A stretch of 64,000 nucleotides of DNA, from contig OZ245838.1 in the NCBI GenBank assembly GCA_965228735.1, forward strand, positions 6,656,001-6,720,000. The letters run 5' to 3'. The notes under the pieces were generated by a model. The model saw only the letters and a program-made list of their open reading frames with translations. It was not told the DNA's origin and did not search any database. Shown here piece by piece: positions 1-9,389 of this stretch. The translations under genes were made by a program, and so were the position numbers. How positions within the stretch are numbered: position 1 is the first letter of the stretch; every line of letters begins with the position of its first letter. This DNA comes from Planctomycetota bacterium (lineage in GTDB: Bacteria; Planctomycetota; UBA1135; UBA2386).

Positions 1-175
1 TCGTCTGCAGCCAGACGACCTTGGCGATCCGCGGGAAGCCCTTCTTGAAGGCCTTCTCGGCGAACGAGTTCAGCGACTTGGCCTGGCGGGCGTTGAACGT
101 CGCGTCGTCGTCCTGGCCGAGGGCGGCAACGGTGACGGTCAGGGTGGTGAGGAGGGTCAGCAGGAAGCGGTGCAT
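1..175 (-). CDS. Secreted hypothetical protein, runs off the window start
   Basis: Manual translation from ATG 175: MHRFLLTLLTTLTVTVAALG|QDDDATFNARQAKSLNSFAEKAFKKG..., signal peptide-like, open to the window edge. Confidence 0.7.
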   Translation of the reverse strand, partial: MHRFLLTLLTTLTVTVAALGQDDDATFNARQAKSLNSFAEKAFKKGFPRIAKVVWLQT

Positions 176-263
176 TCGAGGCGGTATTCGGAGGCGGGCG
201 CGAATGTGTGCGGGGGGCCGGATGTCGGGGCGCAGAGCCTATCAGAATCGCGCCACCATTCCG

Positions 264-292
264 TTGGCCGGCGCGGGTCGGGACGCCATACT
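264..292 (+). promoter_or_regulatory. Putative sigma70 promoter of the dehydrogenase
   Basis: TTGGCC (264-269), 17 nt, CATACT (287-292); 13 nt before ATG 306. Confidence 0.45.
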
Positions 293-305
293 CGTTCGCC
301 CAAAT

Positions 306-1397
306 ATGAGCACTGTCTACGACATTGGAGTTCTGCCCGGCGACGGCATCGGTGAAGAGGTCGTCAACGAGGCCCTCAAGGTGCTGGACGCCGTCCAGTC
401 GGTCTACGGCTTCGAGACGAAGCGCGAAGCGATGCCGTACGGCGCAGAGCACTACCTCGCCACGGGCGAGACGATGCCCGATGCCGCGTTCGACCGGGTT
501 CGTGACATGCACGCGGTGCTGTTCGGGGCGATCGGCGATCCCCGCATCGAGGTCGGCAAGCTCGAGTTCGCGATCATCGCGGGCATGCGGCACAAGCTCG
601 ACCTGTTCGTCAACCTGCGCCCGGTCAAGCTCTACCACGAGTCGATGTGCCCGCTGAAGGGCAAGACGCCGGCCGACATCGACATCATGTTCTGCCGCGA
701 GAACACCGAGGACGCCTACGCCGGCATCCACGGCACGACCAAGAAGGGCAGCCCGAACGAGATCGCGCTGCAGCAGATGGTCTACACGCGCCGCGGCACG
801 GAGCGCATCATCCGCTACGCGTTCGAGCTCGCGAAGAAGCGCGGCCCGAAGCCCGGCAAGGACAAGCCGCAGGTCACCCTCGTCGACAAGGCCAACGCCG
901 TGCGCGCGCAGGACATCTGGACGCGCGTGTTCGCCGAGGTCGCGGCCGAGTATCCCGACATCGACACCGACCACGCCTACATCGACGCGGCGTGCATGTG
1001 GATGGTGAAGAACCCGGAGTGGTTCGACGTCGCCGTGACGACCAACCTCTTCGGTGACATCATCACCGACCTCGGCGCGATGCTGATCGGCGGCATGGGC
1101 ATCGCGGCTTCGGGCAACATCCACCCGGGGCAGGTCTCGATGTTCGAGGGCATCCACGGCAGCGCGCCGAAGTACAAGGGCCTCGACAAGGCCAGCCCGC
1201 TCGCGACCATCCTCGCGATGGCGCTCATGCTCGACCACATCGGCGAGGCCGAGGCGAGCACCGAACTCGAAGCGACCGTCGCGGAGCTGATCCAGGCGGG
1301 CAAGATCCGCAGCTTGCGGGCGGGCGAGCACAAGTGCTCCGAGCTCGGTGACATGGTCAAGGACGCGCTGCTCGAACGCGCCGCTGCCCGCAGCTGA
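306..1397 (+). CDS. leuB: Isocitrate/isopropylmalate (tartrate) dehydrogenase family, LeuB-like
   Basis: LPGDGIGEEV, NLRPVK, RENTE, DKANA, NLFGDIITDL, FEGIHGSAP motifs; start moved to MSTVYDIG. Exact substrate uncertain. Confidence 0.8.
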   Translation: MSTVYDIGVLPGDGIGEEVVNEALKVLDAVQSVYGFETKREAMPYGAEHYLATGETMPDAAFDRVRDMHAVLFGAIGDPRIEVGKLEFAIIAGMRHKLDLFVNLRPVKLYHESMCPLKGKTPADIDIMFCRENTEDAYAGIHGTTKKGSPNEIALQQMVYTRRGTERIIRYAFELAKKRGPKPGKDKPQVTLVDKANAVRAQDIWTRVFAEVAAEYPDIDTDHAYIDAACMWMVKNPEWFDVAVTTNLFGDIITDLGAMLIGGMGIAASGNIHPGQVSMFEGIHGSAPKYKGLDKASPLATILAMALMLDHIGEAEASTELEATVAELIQAGKIRSLRAGEHKCSELGDMVKDALLERAAARS

Positions 1398-1574
1398 CGG
1401 CGGCGCGCCCGTCACGCCGCTGGCCGCCGGCATCCGCTCGGGCGTAGACCCGGCGACGTCCGCGCCCCGGCGATTGCGGCAGGGTCGGTTTTCGGCAGGG
1501 GCTGGCCTGGGTTAGACTCCGCGGTCGCCGCCGCCCTCTCGCTGGCCTGCCCGCCGAAGCGAAGATTCGACCTC

Positions 1575-3347
1575 ATGCTGCAACCATTCCGTCCCGCTGT
1601 CCTTGCGGCCGCCGTGGCCGCGTTCGCCGCGTCCGTCGCTGCCCAATCCAACGGACTCCCGTCCGACACGACGACGCCGACCGCTCCCGCCTCGCAGGCG
1701 CCCACGGCCCACCCGGCGCCGCCGGCCTTGATGACGCAGTTCCACGTCGCATCCGCGACGGTGCAGAGTCTCACGGTCCCGGCCGGCAACCCGTTCAGCG
1801 CGACCATCCCGGTCGTTCTCGGCGGCCGGACGATGACGTTGCAGCTGGCGCAGCGCGAAGTCCGCGCGCCGTCGTTCCAACTCCTCGAACGCACCGCGAC
1901 CGGCCTCGTGACGCTCCCGAAGCCGGCGTGCGTGACCTACCGCGGTGACATCCGCGAGGATCCGGGCAGCGACGTCGCGGCCACGATTCGCGGCGGTTCC
2001 GTCACCGTGTTCGCGCGCTTGTCGGATGACAGCGTCTGGGGCATCCAGCCGGTCTCCGACGTCCAGCCGACCGCCGCACCGGCGCTGCACATCGCCTACC
2101 GCACCCGCGACAACGTCGCGCCCCCTCGTCAGTGCGGCGTGCAGGCCGTGGCGCCGCCCGTGCCCGCGCCGATCGGCGAAGACGTGATCTACGTGTGCGA
2201 GCTCGCGTGCGAGGCGGACTACCCGTTCTACCAGCAGAACGGCAGCAACGTGAACTCGACGCAGAGCGACGTCACGACCATCGTCAACGCGATGAACGTG
2301 ATCTACAACCGCGACGTCGACATCGACCTCTCGATCACTCAGATCATCGTCAACAGTTCGCCCGATCCGTACACGACGACCAGCGCGAACACGCTGCTCA
2401 ACCAGTTCGGCTCGCGCTGGAACACGACGTACTCCGGCGTGCAGCGCGACGTCGCCCACCTCTTCACGGGGCGCAACATCAACGGCGGGACGATCGGTAT
2501 CGCGACGCTGGGCACGGTCTGCAGCGTCGGCAGCGCCTACGGTCTGAGTCAGAGCCGCTACACCGGCAACTTCACCCTGCGCACGAGCCTCACGGCGCAC
2601 GAGATCGGGCACAACTTCGGCGCGAGTCACTGCAACACGAGTCCGCCGTGCTACATCATGTGTTCGGGCAACGGCGGCTGCGGCACCCCGACGCTGTTCG
2701 GCACGGCCGCGCAGAACCAGATCATCGCGTTCCGCCAGTCGATCAACTGTCTGACGATCCAGCCGACGACGCCCGTGATCGGTTCGATCTCGCAGGTCGC
2801 GATCCCGACCGTGTCGCCGCCGCAGATCGAGCTCACGGGCAGCGGCTTCCTCGGCGCGACGCACGTCTCGGTCGGCACCAACCAGGTGAGCGCGCAGGTC
2901 GTCAACGACTCGCTGCTGCGGTTCTACCCGCCGGTCGGGCTGCCGCTCGGCTTCGAGACCGTCACGGTGACGACGCCGGTCGGGACGAGCAACCCGAGCA
3001 CGCTCTGGTACCAGAACGCCAACCCGGCAATCCTCGTGACGCCGATCGCCGTGATCGGCGGCACGGACATGGAATGGCGGATGGGCGGCGTGGAGAACGA
3101 CTTCGCGTTCCTCGTGCTGAGTCTGCAGGGCACCACGAGTCCGTGGATGGGCTGGCCGCTCGTCGATGCGCCGATCATCTTCTGGACGGGTGGTCTCGAC
3201 GCGCGCGGCATGGCCGTGACGACGTTCCCGGTGCCGGCGAACACGCTGAGCGGGTTGCAGGTCTACTCGCAGCTCATCGACATCCAGAGCGGCGCGCTCG
3301 CCGTCCGCAGTCTGTCGGCCGTCAAGAACACGCTGATCTTCCTGTAG
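1575..3347 (+). CDS. Secreted M12B (reprolysin-like) zinc metalloprotease with IPT/TIG-like and C-terminal beta domains
   Basis: Signal peptide; HEIGHNFGASH zinc motif and YIM Met-turn; IPT-like IELTGSGFLGATHVSVG...VTVTTPVGTS. Confidence 0.9.
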   Translation: MLQPFRPAVLAAAVAAFAASVAAQSNGLPSDTTTPTAPASQAPTAHPAPPALMTQFHVASATVQSLTVPAGNPFSATIPVVLGGRTMTLQLAQREVRAPSFQLLERTATGLVTLPKPACVTYRGDIREDPGSDVAATIRGGSVTVFARLSDDSVWGIQPVSDVQPTAAPALHIAYRTRDNVAPPRQCGVQAVAPPVPAPIGEDVIYVCELACEADYPFYQQNGSNVNSTQSDVTTIVNAMNVIYNRDVDIDLSITQIIVNSSPDPYTTTSANTLLNQFGSRWNTTYSGVQRDVAHLFTGRNINGGTIGIATLGTVCSVGSAYGLSQSRYTGNFTLRTSLTAHEIGHNFGASHCNTSPPCYIMCSGNGGCGTPTLFGTAAQNQIIAFRQSINCLTIQPTTPVIGSISQVAIPTVSPPQIELTGSGFLGATHVSVGTNQVSAQVVNDSLLRFYPPVGLPLGFETVTVTTPVGTSNPSTLWYQNANPAILVTPIAVIGGTDMEWRMGGVENDFAFLVLSLQGTTSPWMGWPLVDAPIIFWTGGLDARGMAVTTFPVPANTLSGLQVYSQLIDIQSGALAVRSLSAVKNTLIFL

Positions 3348-3711
3348 CGGTGGGGCTCAGGCCGGCGGCGGGTCCGTCGGAACCGTCCAGCGCGGCGTCG
3401 GGGCGGTGGCCGGCTCGCAGAGCTCGCGCCAGCTCGCGGGTCGCCACTCCGAGCCGGTCGGCCACGGTCGCCGTTCGCGCGCCGGGTCGGCCCGCTCGCG
3501 CTCCGGCCGGCCAGGAAGATCTCCGATCGCCAGGCACTCCATGACCTCTTGGTGGGGGCGGCGGGGGAACGTCGGCGGATTCCGGTCCCCGGACCGACGG
3601 CCGCGACCAACCCGTGGGACCAATCCGTTACGTGGGCAGATGGCGGGTGCGTGCGTTACCCGTCCTACCCTGGCCACGTTCGATCCAGGTGGAACTCCAC
3701 AGGACCCAAGA

Positions 3712-4707
3712 ATGAAGACTCGTATCCTCTCCGCTCTCCTCGCCTGCGCGCTGCCAATGGCCCTGTCCGCGCAGGACGCCACGGCCGACGCCGAGGCGAC
3801 GTTCTACAAGGCCTACTACCTCGAGCGGGGCGCGCGGGACTTCGCCGGCGCGATGAACCTCTACGAGAAGTTCCTGGCCGCAGCTCCCGACCACAAGCTC
3901 GCGAAGGTCGCGGCCAAGCAGCAGTTCGGGCTGCTGACGAAGACGGGCAAGACCAAGGAGCGCGACGCGTTCCGGACGAAGTTCGCGAGCCTGCTCGGCA
4001 ACAACGCGCGCCGTTCGGACCGGGCGGAGCGCGCCGCCGATGCCGCGGGTGACGCCGGCGGCGAAGGTCGCGGTCGTCGTGGCCAGGGCGGGGAACGCGG
4101 CCAGCGCGGCGGCGATCCGGCCGAGCGCCTCAAGGCCATGGAAGCGCGCCTCGCCGAGGCCAAGGAGTCCGGCGACGAAGAGCAGGTCGCGCGCCTCGAG
4201 CGCATGCTCGAGCGCATGAAGCAGATGGGCGAAGGCGGCGAAGGTCGCGGTCGCCAGGGCCAAGGTGGTCGTCGCGGCGGCCGGGGCGGCATCTTCAGCG
4301 GCAAGCCGCTCGCCGAGATGAGTGACGAGGAGATGGAGCAGTTCAAGTCGGGCCTCACGCGCATGGCCGGCATGATCGACCGCATGCGTGACCGCATGGG
4401 CGAGGAGCGCGCCAAGGCGTTCGAGGACGGCATGGGCAAGATCCAGAAGGCACTCGACAGCGGCAAGACCGAAGAGGCCCAGAAGGCCGTCGACGCGCTG
4501 CGCGAGTCGTTCGGTCGCGGTCGCCGCGGCGGTGGCGGCGGCGAAGGTGAAGGTGACGCCGGCAACGGTCGTCGTCGTGGCGGCGGCGGTGGCGAGGAGC
4601 CGGCCGGTGGTCGGCGTCGCGGCGGTGGCGGCGGCGAAGGCGAGAACGGCGCCGGTGGCGCGCGCGGTGGCAACGGCCGGCGCGGCGGTGGCGGCGGCGG
4701 CCGCTGA
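3712..4707 (+). CDS. Secreted hypothetical protein: TPR-like N-terminus, helical middle, Gly/Arg-rich tail
   Basis: MKTRILSALLACALPMALSA|QD; FYKAYYLE...AMNLYEKFL helix pair; repeated GRRGGGGGEG segments. Confidence 0.8.
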   Translation: MKTRILSALLACALPMALSAQDATADAEATFYKAYYLERGARDFAGAMNLYEKFLAAAPDHKLAKVAAKQQFGLLTKTGKTKERDAFRTKFASLLGNNARRSDRAERAADAAGDAGGEGRGRRGQGGERGQRGGDPAERLKAMEARLAEAKESGDEEQVARLERMLERMKQMGEGGEGRGRQGQGGRRGGRGGIFSGKPLAEMSDEEMEQFKSGLTRMAGMIDRMRDRMGEERAKAFEDGMGKIQKALDSGKTEEAQKAVDALRESFGRGRRGGGGGEGEGDAGNGRRRGGGGGEEPAGGRRRGGGGGEGENGAGGARGGNGRRGGGGGGR

Positions 4708-4737
4708 GTCGAGCGGCACTCCCTCCCATTCCCTCGG

Positions 4738-4772
4738 CGGGCCGACCGGAGTAGTCTCCGGTCGGCCCGTTC
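4738..4772 (+). terminator. Perfect 14-bp hairpin, probable terminator
   Basis: CGGGCCGACCGGAG-TAGT-CTCCGGTCGGCCCG, 30 nt after the stop; only a weak U tract. Confidence 0.55.
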
Positions 4773-4791
4773 GCGTTCGCCGACCCCCGTC

Positions 4792-6429
4792 ATGCCTGCC
4801 GCCGTCGATCCGGTCCGACTCGAGGTCTTTCATCACCTGACGAGCGCGTTCTGCGAAGAGGCGGGCGCCCGGCTGCAGCGCTCCGCGGCGAGCCCCAACA
4901 TCCGCGAACGGCGTGACTTCTCGGTCGCGGTGTTCGACGCCCGGCAGCGCCTGGTCGCGCAGGCGGCGCACATCCCGGTGCACCTCGGCAGCGCCGGCGA
5001 CTCGGTCCGCGCGGCCTGCGCGGCGATCGACTTCGAACCCGGCGACGTCGCGATCCTCAACGATCCGTACGCGGGGGGCACGCACCTGCCCGACATCACG
5101 ATGGTGCGACCGGTGTTCGACCCGACGCGGCCGCGAACGTCGGGATCTGGTAAGTCGGGATCTGGCAAGTCGGGATCTGGCAAGTCGGGATCTGCCAAAC
5201 CGCGGGTGCTGTGGTATCTCGTCAACCGCGCGCATCACGCCGACGTCGGCGGCAGCACGCCCGGGTCGATGGGCATCGCGGTCGACCTGATCGCCGAGGG
5301 CCTCGTCCTGCCGCCCGTTCTGCTGCGGCGGCGCGGCGAGTTGCAGCAGGACCTGCTCGCGGTGTTCCAGAAGAACGTGCGCGGGCCGGCCGAGCGTGTG
5401 CTCGACCTGCGGGCGCAGGAGGCCAGCCTCGCGCAGCTCGAGGCGCGGCTCGCGGCGCACGCCGCCGAGGTCTCGATCGGGACGATGCAGCGGCTCACGG
5501 ATGCGTTGCTCGACTACAGCGAACGGGCCGGACGCGCGGTCGTGCGACGCATCGGGTCGGGTCCGTTCCGAAGCCACGACGTGCTCGAGGACGACGGACT
5601 CGGTTCGGGGCCGCTGCGGCTCGAACTCAGCCTGACGCGGCGCGGCGGGCGGCTCGTGTTCGACTGGCGCAACTGCTGCGCGGCGGCGCGCGGCGGCGTG
5701 AACTGCAACCGCGGCATCGTGACCGCGGCGTGCGTCTACGCGCTGCGGGCGCTCTGCCCGGACCGGTTGCCGACCAACGACGGGCTGTTCCGGCTCGTCG
5801 AGGTCGTGACCGAGCGCGGCACGCTCGTCGACCCCGAACCGCCGGCGCCGGTCGCGGGCGGCAACGTCGAGACCAGTCAGCGGCTCGTCGACATCGCGCT
5901 CGCAGCGCTGCGCCAGGCGCTGCCCGACGCGGTGCCCGCGGCCTCGGCCGGCACGATGTCGAACCTCACGTTCGGCGGCGGCGACGGCCGGGGCGGCCAG
6001 TTCTCGAGCTACGAGACGCTGCCGGGTGGCGCGGGGGCGGGGGCGACCGGCGCGGGGCAGGCCGCGATCCAGACGCACATGACCAACACCCGCAACACGC
6101 CGGTCGAGGAGTTCGAGCACCGTTACCCGCTGCGGATCCGCGAGCTGTCGGTGCGGCGCGGCAGCGGCGGGCGCGGCCGGCACCGCGGCGGCGACGGGCT
6201 GCGCAAGGTCGTCGAGGCCACGGTGCCGGTGGCCGTCTCGTTCCTGGGCGAACGCCACGAGCGCGGGCCGGCGGGTGCGCGGGGCGGCGGCGCGGGCAAG
6301 CCGGCTCGGATCCTGCACGAGCGCGCGGGGCGGCGCCGGCGCCTGCCGGGCAAGGTCACGTTCGAACTGGCGCCGGGGGAGCGCGTCGTCGTCGAGACGC
6401 CGGGAGGTGGTGGTCATGGGCGGGCGTAG
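4792..6429 (+). CDS. Hydantoinase B / 5-oxoprolinase family protein
   Basis: SPNIRERRDFS, HIPVHLG, NDPYAGGTHLPD, HHADVGG, GGNVETSQR, HMTNTRNTP, ETPGGGG. Confidence 0.93.
   Translation: MPAAVDPVRLEVFHHLTSAFCEEAGARLQRSAASPNIRERRDFSVAVFDARQRLVAQAAHIPVHLGSAGDSVRAACAAIDFEPGDVAILNDPYAGGTHLPDITMVRPVFDPTRPRTSGSGKSGSGKSGSGKSGSAKPRVLWYLVNRAHHADVGGSTPGSMGIAVDLIAEGLVLPPVLLRRRGELQQDLLAVFQKNVRGPAERVLDLRAQEASLAQLEARLAAHAAEVSIGTMQRLTDALLDYSERAGRAVVRRIGSGPFRSHDVLEDDGLGSGPLRLELSLTRRGGRLVFDWRNCCAAARGGVNCNRGIVTAACVYALRALCPDRLPTNDGLFRLVEVVTERGTLVDPEPPAPVAGGNVETSQRLVDIALAALRQALPDAVPAASAGTMSNLTFGGGDGRGGQFSSYETLPGGAGAGATGAGQAAIQTHMTNTRNTPVEEFEHRYPLRIRELSVRRGSGGRGRHRGGDGLRKVVEATVPVAVSFLGERHERGPAGARGGGAGKPARILHERAGRRRRLPGKVTFELAPGERVVVETPGGGGHGRA
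5140..5199 (+). repeat. In-frame 15-bp tandem repeat, 4 copies (SGSGK)
   Basis: TCGGGATCTGGTAAG, TCGGGATCTGGCAAG x2, TCGGGATCTGCCAAA. Confidence 0.95.
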
Positions 6430-6850
6430 TCGATCGTTGTCGGCGCGGCTCCTCGTCGCGGCCGGCTGCGCGGTGGTCGTCGGCTGCATGGTGCTGGCGG
6501 GCTGCGCGGTGCACCCGTACTCGGCGTGCCCGGTCGAGTTGCCCGCCGGTCGGGCGCTGCCGCCCGATGCGTTCGCGCGCTGCCGCGACGTGCTGCTGAG
6601 CAGCTACGGCGGGCTCACGATGCTCGACGAGGGCGAGTTCCTGCTCACGACCGACTGGACCGTGGTCACCGAGCCGCCCGGTCAGCGCCGCGCCTCGATC
6701 TTCCGCGACCGGGACGGCCTCGCGGTGATGGTCGAAGCCCGCTTCCTCGTGGAACCCCCGATCGGTCTGCCCTACTGGAGCAGCGTGCGCGGGGACCACG
6801 CCGCCGAACGCGAGCTCGCGGACCGCCTGATCGTCGCCCTCGCACCGTGA
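6416..6850 (+). CDS. Putative lipoprotein
   Basis: Basic N-terminus, hydrophobic stretch, LAGC lipobox; overlaps the upstream stop. Confidence 0.7.
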   Translation: MGGRSRSLSARLLVAAGCAVVVGCMVLAGCAVHPYSACPVELPAGRALPPDAFARCRDVLLSSYGGLTMLDEGEFLLTTDWTVVTEPPGQRRASIFRDRDGLAVMVEARFLVEPPIGLPYWSSVRGDHAAERELADRLIVALAP

Positions 6851-7980
6851 AACGCGCCCTTGCGGGCTCGTTGCAATGCGCGATGGAGCCGGCCCGCGCT
6901 CGGTCGTCTGGCCTGGGCGCGTTGCAGCAGGAACAACGCGGCGTCCGTTCGGCCGTTGGCTTCGAGCAGGCGCGCGCGGGCCAGCGCGATGCGGTCGCGC
7001 GGCGCGTTCGGAAGTCGCTGCGCGTGCCGCAGTGCGAGCAGCGCGCCGCCGCGATCGAACCGACACAGCCGCGCCTCGAACAGCCACAGCCAGGCCGGCG
7101 CATGATCGGGCCACAGCGTCGTGGCCTGTTCGAGCGCGGTGGCCGCGGGTTCGGCCGGCGGCGGGCTCGTGCGGTTCCAAGTGGCGCGCACGTGACGCAC
7201 GGCGGCCGGCATGCGGTGACGCGGGTAGCGAGCGCAGAGGCGGCGAACGCGACCGAGCCGCGCGCTCGGGTCCGGTCGCCCGCGCGTTCCGGCGCTCGGT
7301 GGCAGGAGCACGAGCTCGTGCCGGCAGCGGAGCAGGTCGGCGCCGAGGCCGACGAGCGCCTCGGCGAGTCGCCGTTGCCAGAAGATCCGGTTCTGCTCGT
7401 CGTTGCCGAGGCGTCGCGCGATGGCATCGAGGCGGCGTTGGACCGCGGCGATCGTCGAGCCGGCGCGGTCGGCGGTCGCCCGCAGGTTGCAGCGCCCGTT
7501 CTTGAGCCAGACGAACTCCGTCGCGACGTCGAGTTCCGCGACACGGGTGGCGCGGTGCTTCTGAGCGGTCGTCGCGGCGGGCGGCTCGGCGGCCAGATCG
7601 TCGGGCTCGACCGACCGGTCGCACTGCACCCCGCGGACCCGCTGCCGGTAGATCCAGCGCTCGGCGAGCCGGATCCAATGCTGGTGGCGATCGATCGGCT
7701 CGCGCCCGAGCACCCGCTCGGGCGCTTCGAGGCAATCGATGCACAGCTCCTGCACCACGTCGGCGAGGAGCTCGGGGTGCTCGGCCCGGGGTAGTTGTTT
7801 CCAGCGGGCGATGCGCCGCACGATCGCGGGGAGGACCCGGTCGGCGAACGCGAACAGCAGCGCGAGCGCCCGCTCGCGCTGGCCGGCCGCGGGGTGATCG
7901 CCGACCGGCGTGGTGGGATCCGCGGGTGCTGCGGGCGTAGCCGGCTGGCGGCCGATCACGGGTCTCCGGTCGTCGGGCAT
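6772..7980 (-). CDS. Hypothetical protein: degenerate ECF-sigma-like N-terminus plus TPR C-terminus
   Basis: LADVVQELCI (region 2-like); NLRATADRAGSTIAAVQRRL (HTH-like); ALEQATTLWPDHAPAWLWL (TPR-like). Start uncertain; 79-nt 3' overlap with the lipoprotein. Confidence 0.55.
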   Translation of the reverse strand: MPDDRRPVIGRQPATPAAPADPTTPVGDHPAAGQRERALALLFAFADRVLPAIVRRIARWKQLPRAEHPELLADVVQELCIDCLEAPERVLGREPIDRHQHWIRLAERWIYRQRVRGVQCDRSVEPDDLAAEPPAATTAQKHRATRVAELDVATEFVWLKNGRCNLRATADRAGSTIAAVQRRLDAIARRLGNDEQNRIFWQRRLAEALVGLGADLLRCRHELVLLPPSAGTRGRPDPSARLGRVRRLCARYPRHRMPAAVRHVRATWNRTSPPPAEPAATALEQATTLWPDHAPAWLWLFEARLCRFDRGGALLALRHAQRLPNAPRDRIALARARLLEANGRTDAALFLLQRAQARRPSAGRLHRALQRARKGAFHGARATIRRSASSRSAAWSPRTLLQ

Positions 7981-8120
7981 CGGGCTCGTTCCTCCACGTT
8001 CTCCGTGCGCAACGAGGGGGAATACGGGCCCGATTCTGCTCTGCCATATCCTCACCAACGACTGAGGCGATGGCCCGGCCACGGTGCTATGCTGCCGGCC
8101 TTTTTCCGCAGCCGAACCGC

Positions 8121-9389
8121 ATGCCCACTACCTGTGTCGTTGGCATCCTCTGGGGCGACGAAGGCAAAGGCAAGGTCATCGACTACCTCGCCGCTGACGC
8201 CGATTTCGTCGTTCGTTACGGAGGAGGACACAACGCCGGCCACACGCTCGTCCTGCCCTCGGGCAAGGTCGTGCTCCACCTCGTGCCGTCGGGCGTCGTG
8301 CGCGAGCACACCGTCAACGTGATCGGCAACGGCGTCGTCGTCGACCCGATCCACCTCTGCAGCGAGATCGAACGGCTGCGCACCCGCGGCCTCGAGCTCG
8401 AACTCGGGCAGAACCTGCTCGTCAGCGAGCGCGCCCACGTGATCCTCGACGCGCACCGCCAGCAGGAGCAGTGGGCGGAGGCGCAGCGCGGCGACACCAA
8501 GATCGGCACGACCGGGCGCGGCATCGGCCCGGCCTACAGCGACCGCACCAACCGCGTCGGGCTGCGGCTCGGCGACCTCGTGCGGCCCGAGCGGCTGCGC
8601 GCGGCGCTCACGGCGTTCGGCCAGCACAAGAACGCGTGGTTCCAAGCCGTCGGGCTCGAGCGCTTCGACGTCGAGCGGACCTACGACCAGCTCGCCGCCG
8701 CGGCCGAGACGTTGGCGCCGGCGATCCGCGACACGGGTGCGATCCTGCGCGACGCCCAGAAGGCCGGGAAGCGCATCCTGCTCGAGGGCGCGCAGGGTTG
8801 TCTGCTCGACGTCGAGCACGGCAGCTACCCGTTCGTCACGAGTTCGCACGCTAGCACGGGCGGCGCGTTCAGCGGCACGGGGCTGCCGCCGCACTCGATC
8901 GAGGTCGTCGGCATCGCCAAGGCCTACGCGACGCGCGTCGGCGAAGGCCCGTTTCCTACCGAGATCGACGGCGACGTCGCCGATCGCCTGCGCGAGGCCG
9001 GCAACGAGTTCGGTTCGACGACCGGGCGGCCGCGGCGCTGCGGCTGGTTCGACAGCGTCGCCGTGCGCTATTCGGGTGACGTCGCGGGCGTCGACCGGCT
9101 CGTCCTCACCAACCTCGACGTGCTGCGCGGCTTTCCGCTGCGCATCGCGACGAGCTACGCGCTGCCGGGCGGCGAGCGCGTGACGGCCATGCCCGCGTTC
9201 GACCTCGAACGAGTCGAACCCGACTACGTCGAGCTGCCGGGCTTCGACGAGGACATCACGGGTGTGCGCGCGTGGGACGACCTGCCGAGCAACGCGCGGG
9301 CCTACGTCGAAGCGATCGAGCAGCACACCGGCCTGCCGGTCGGGACGATCTCGGTCGGACCGGGCCGCGAGCAGGTCATCGTCCGGTGA
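8121..9389 (+). CDS. purA: Adenylosuccinate synthetase
   Basis: WGDEGKGK, GGHNAGHT, IGTTGRGIGPAY, EGAQG, TRVGEGPFPTE, TTGRPRRCGWFD. Confidence 0.98.
   Translation: MPTTCVVGILWGDEGKGKVIDYLAADADFVVRYGGGHNAGHTLVLPSGKVVLHLVPSGVVREHTVNVIGNGVVVDPIHLCSEIERLRTRGLELELGQNLLVSERAHVILDAHRQQEQWAEAQRGDTKIGTTGRGIGPAYSDRTNRVGLRLGDLVRPERLRAALTAFGQHKNAWFQAVGLERFDVERTYDQLAAAAETLAPAIRDTGAILRDAQKAGKRILLEGAQGCLLDVEHGSYPFVTSSHASTGGAFSGTGLPPHSIEVVGIAKAYATRVGEGPFPTEIDGDVADRLREAGNEFGSTTGRPRRCGWFDSVAVRYSGDVAGVDRLVLTNLDVLRGFPLRIATSYALPGGERVTAMPAFDLERVEPDYVELPGFDEDITGVRAWDDLPSNARAYVEAIEQHTGLPVGTISVGPGREQVIVR

Noticed and set aside
3348..3711. 364-nt GC-rich intergenic region
   Set aside because: No convincing ORF, repeat or RNA motif by eye.
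3628..6489. Very long antisense or alternate-frame ORFs (also 19256-21682, 21345-24107, 28011-30380, 61193-63553)
   Set aside because: Arg/Ala/Pro-rich shadows of real genes, expected where high GC makes stops rare.
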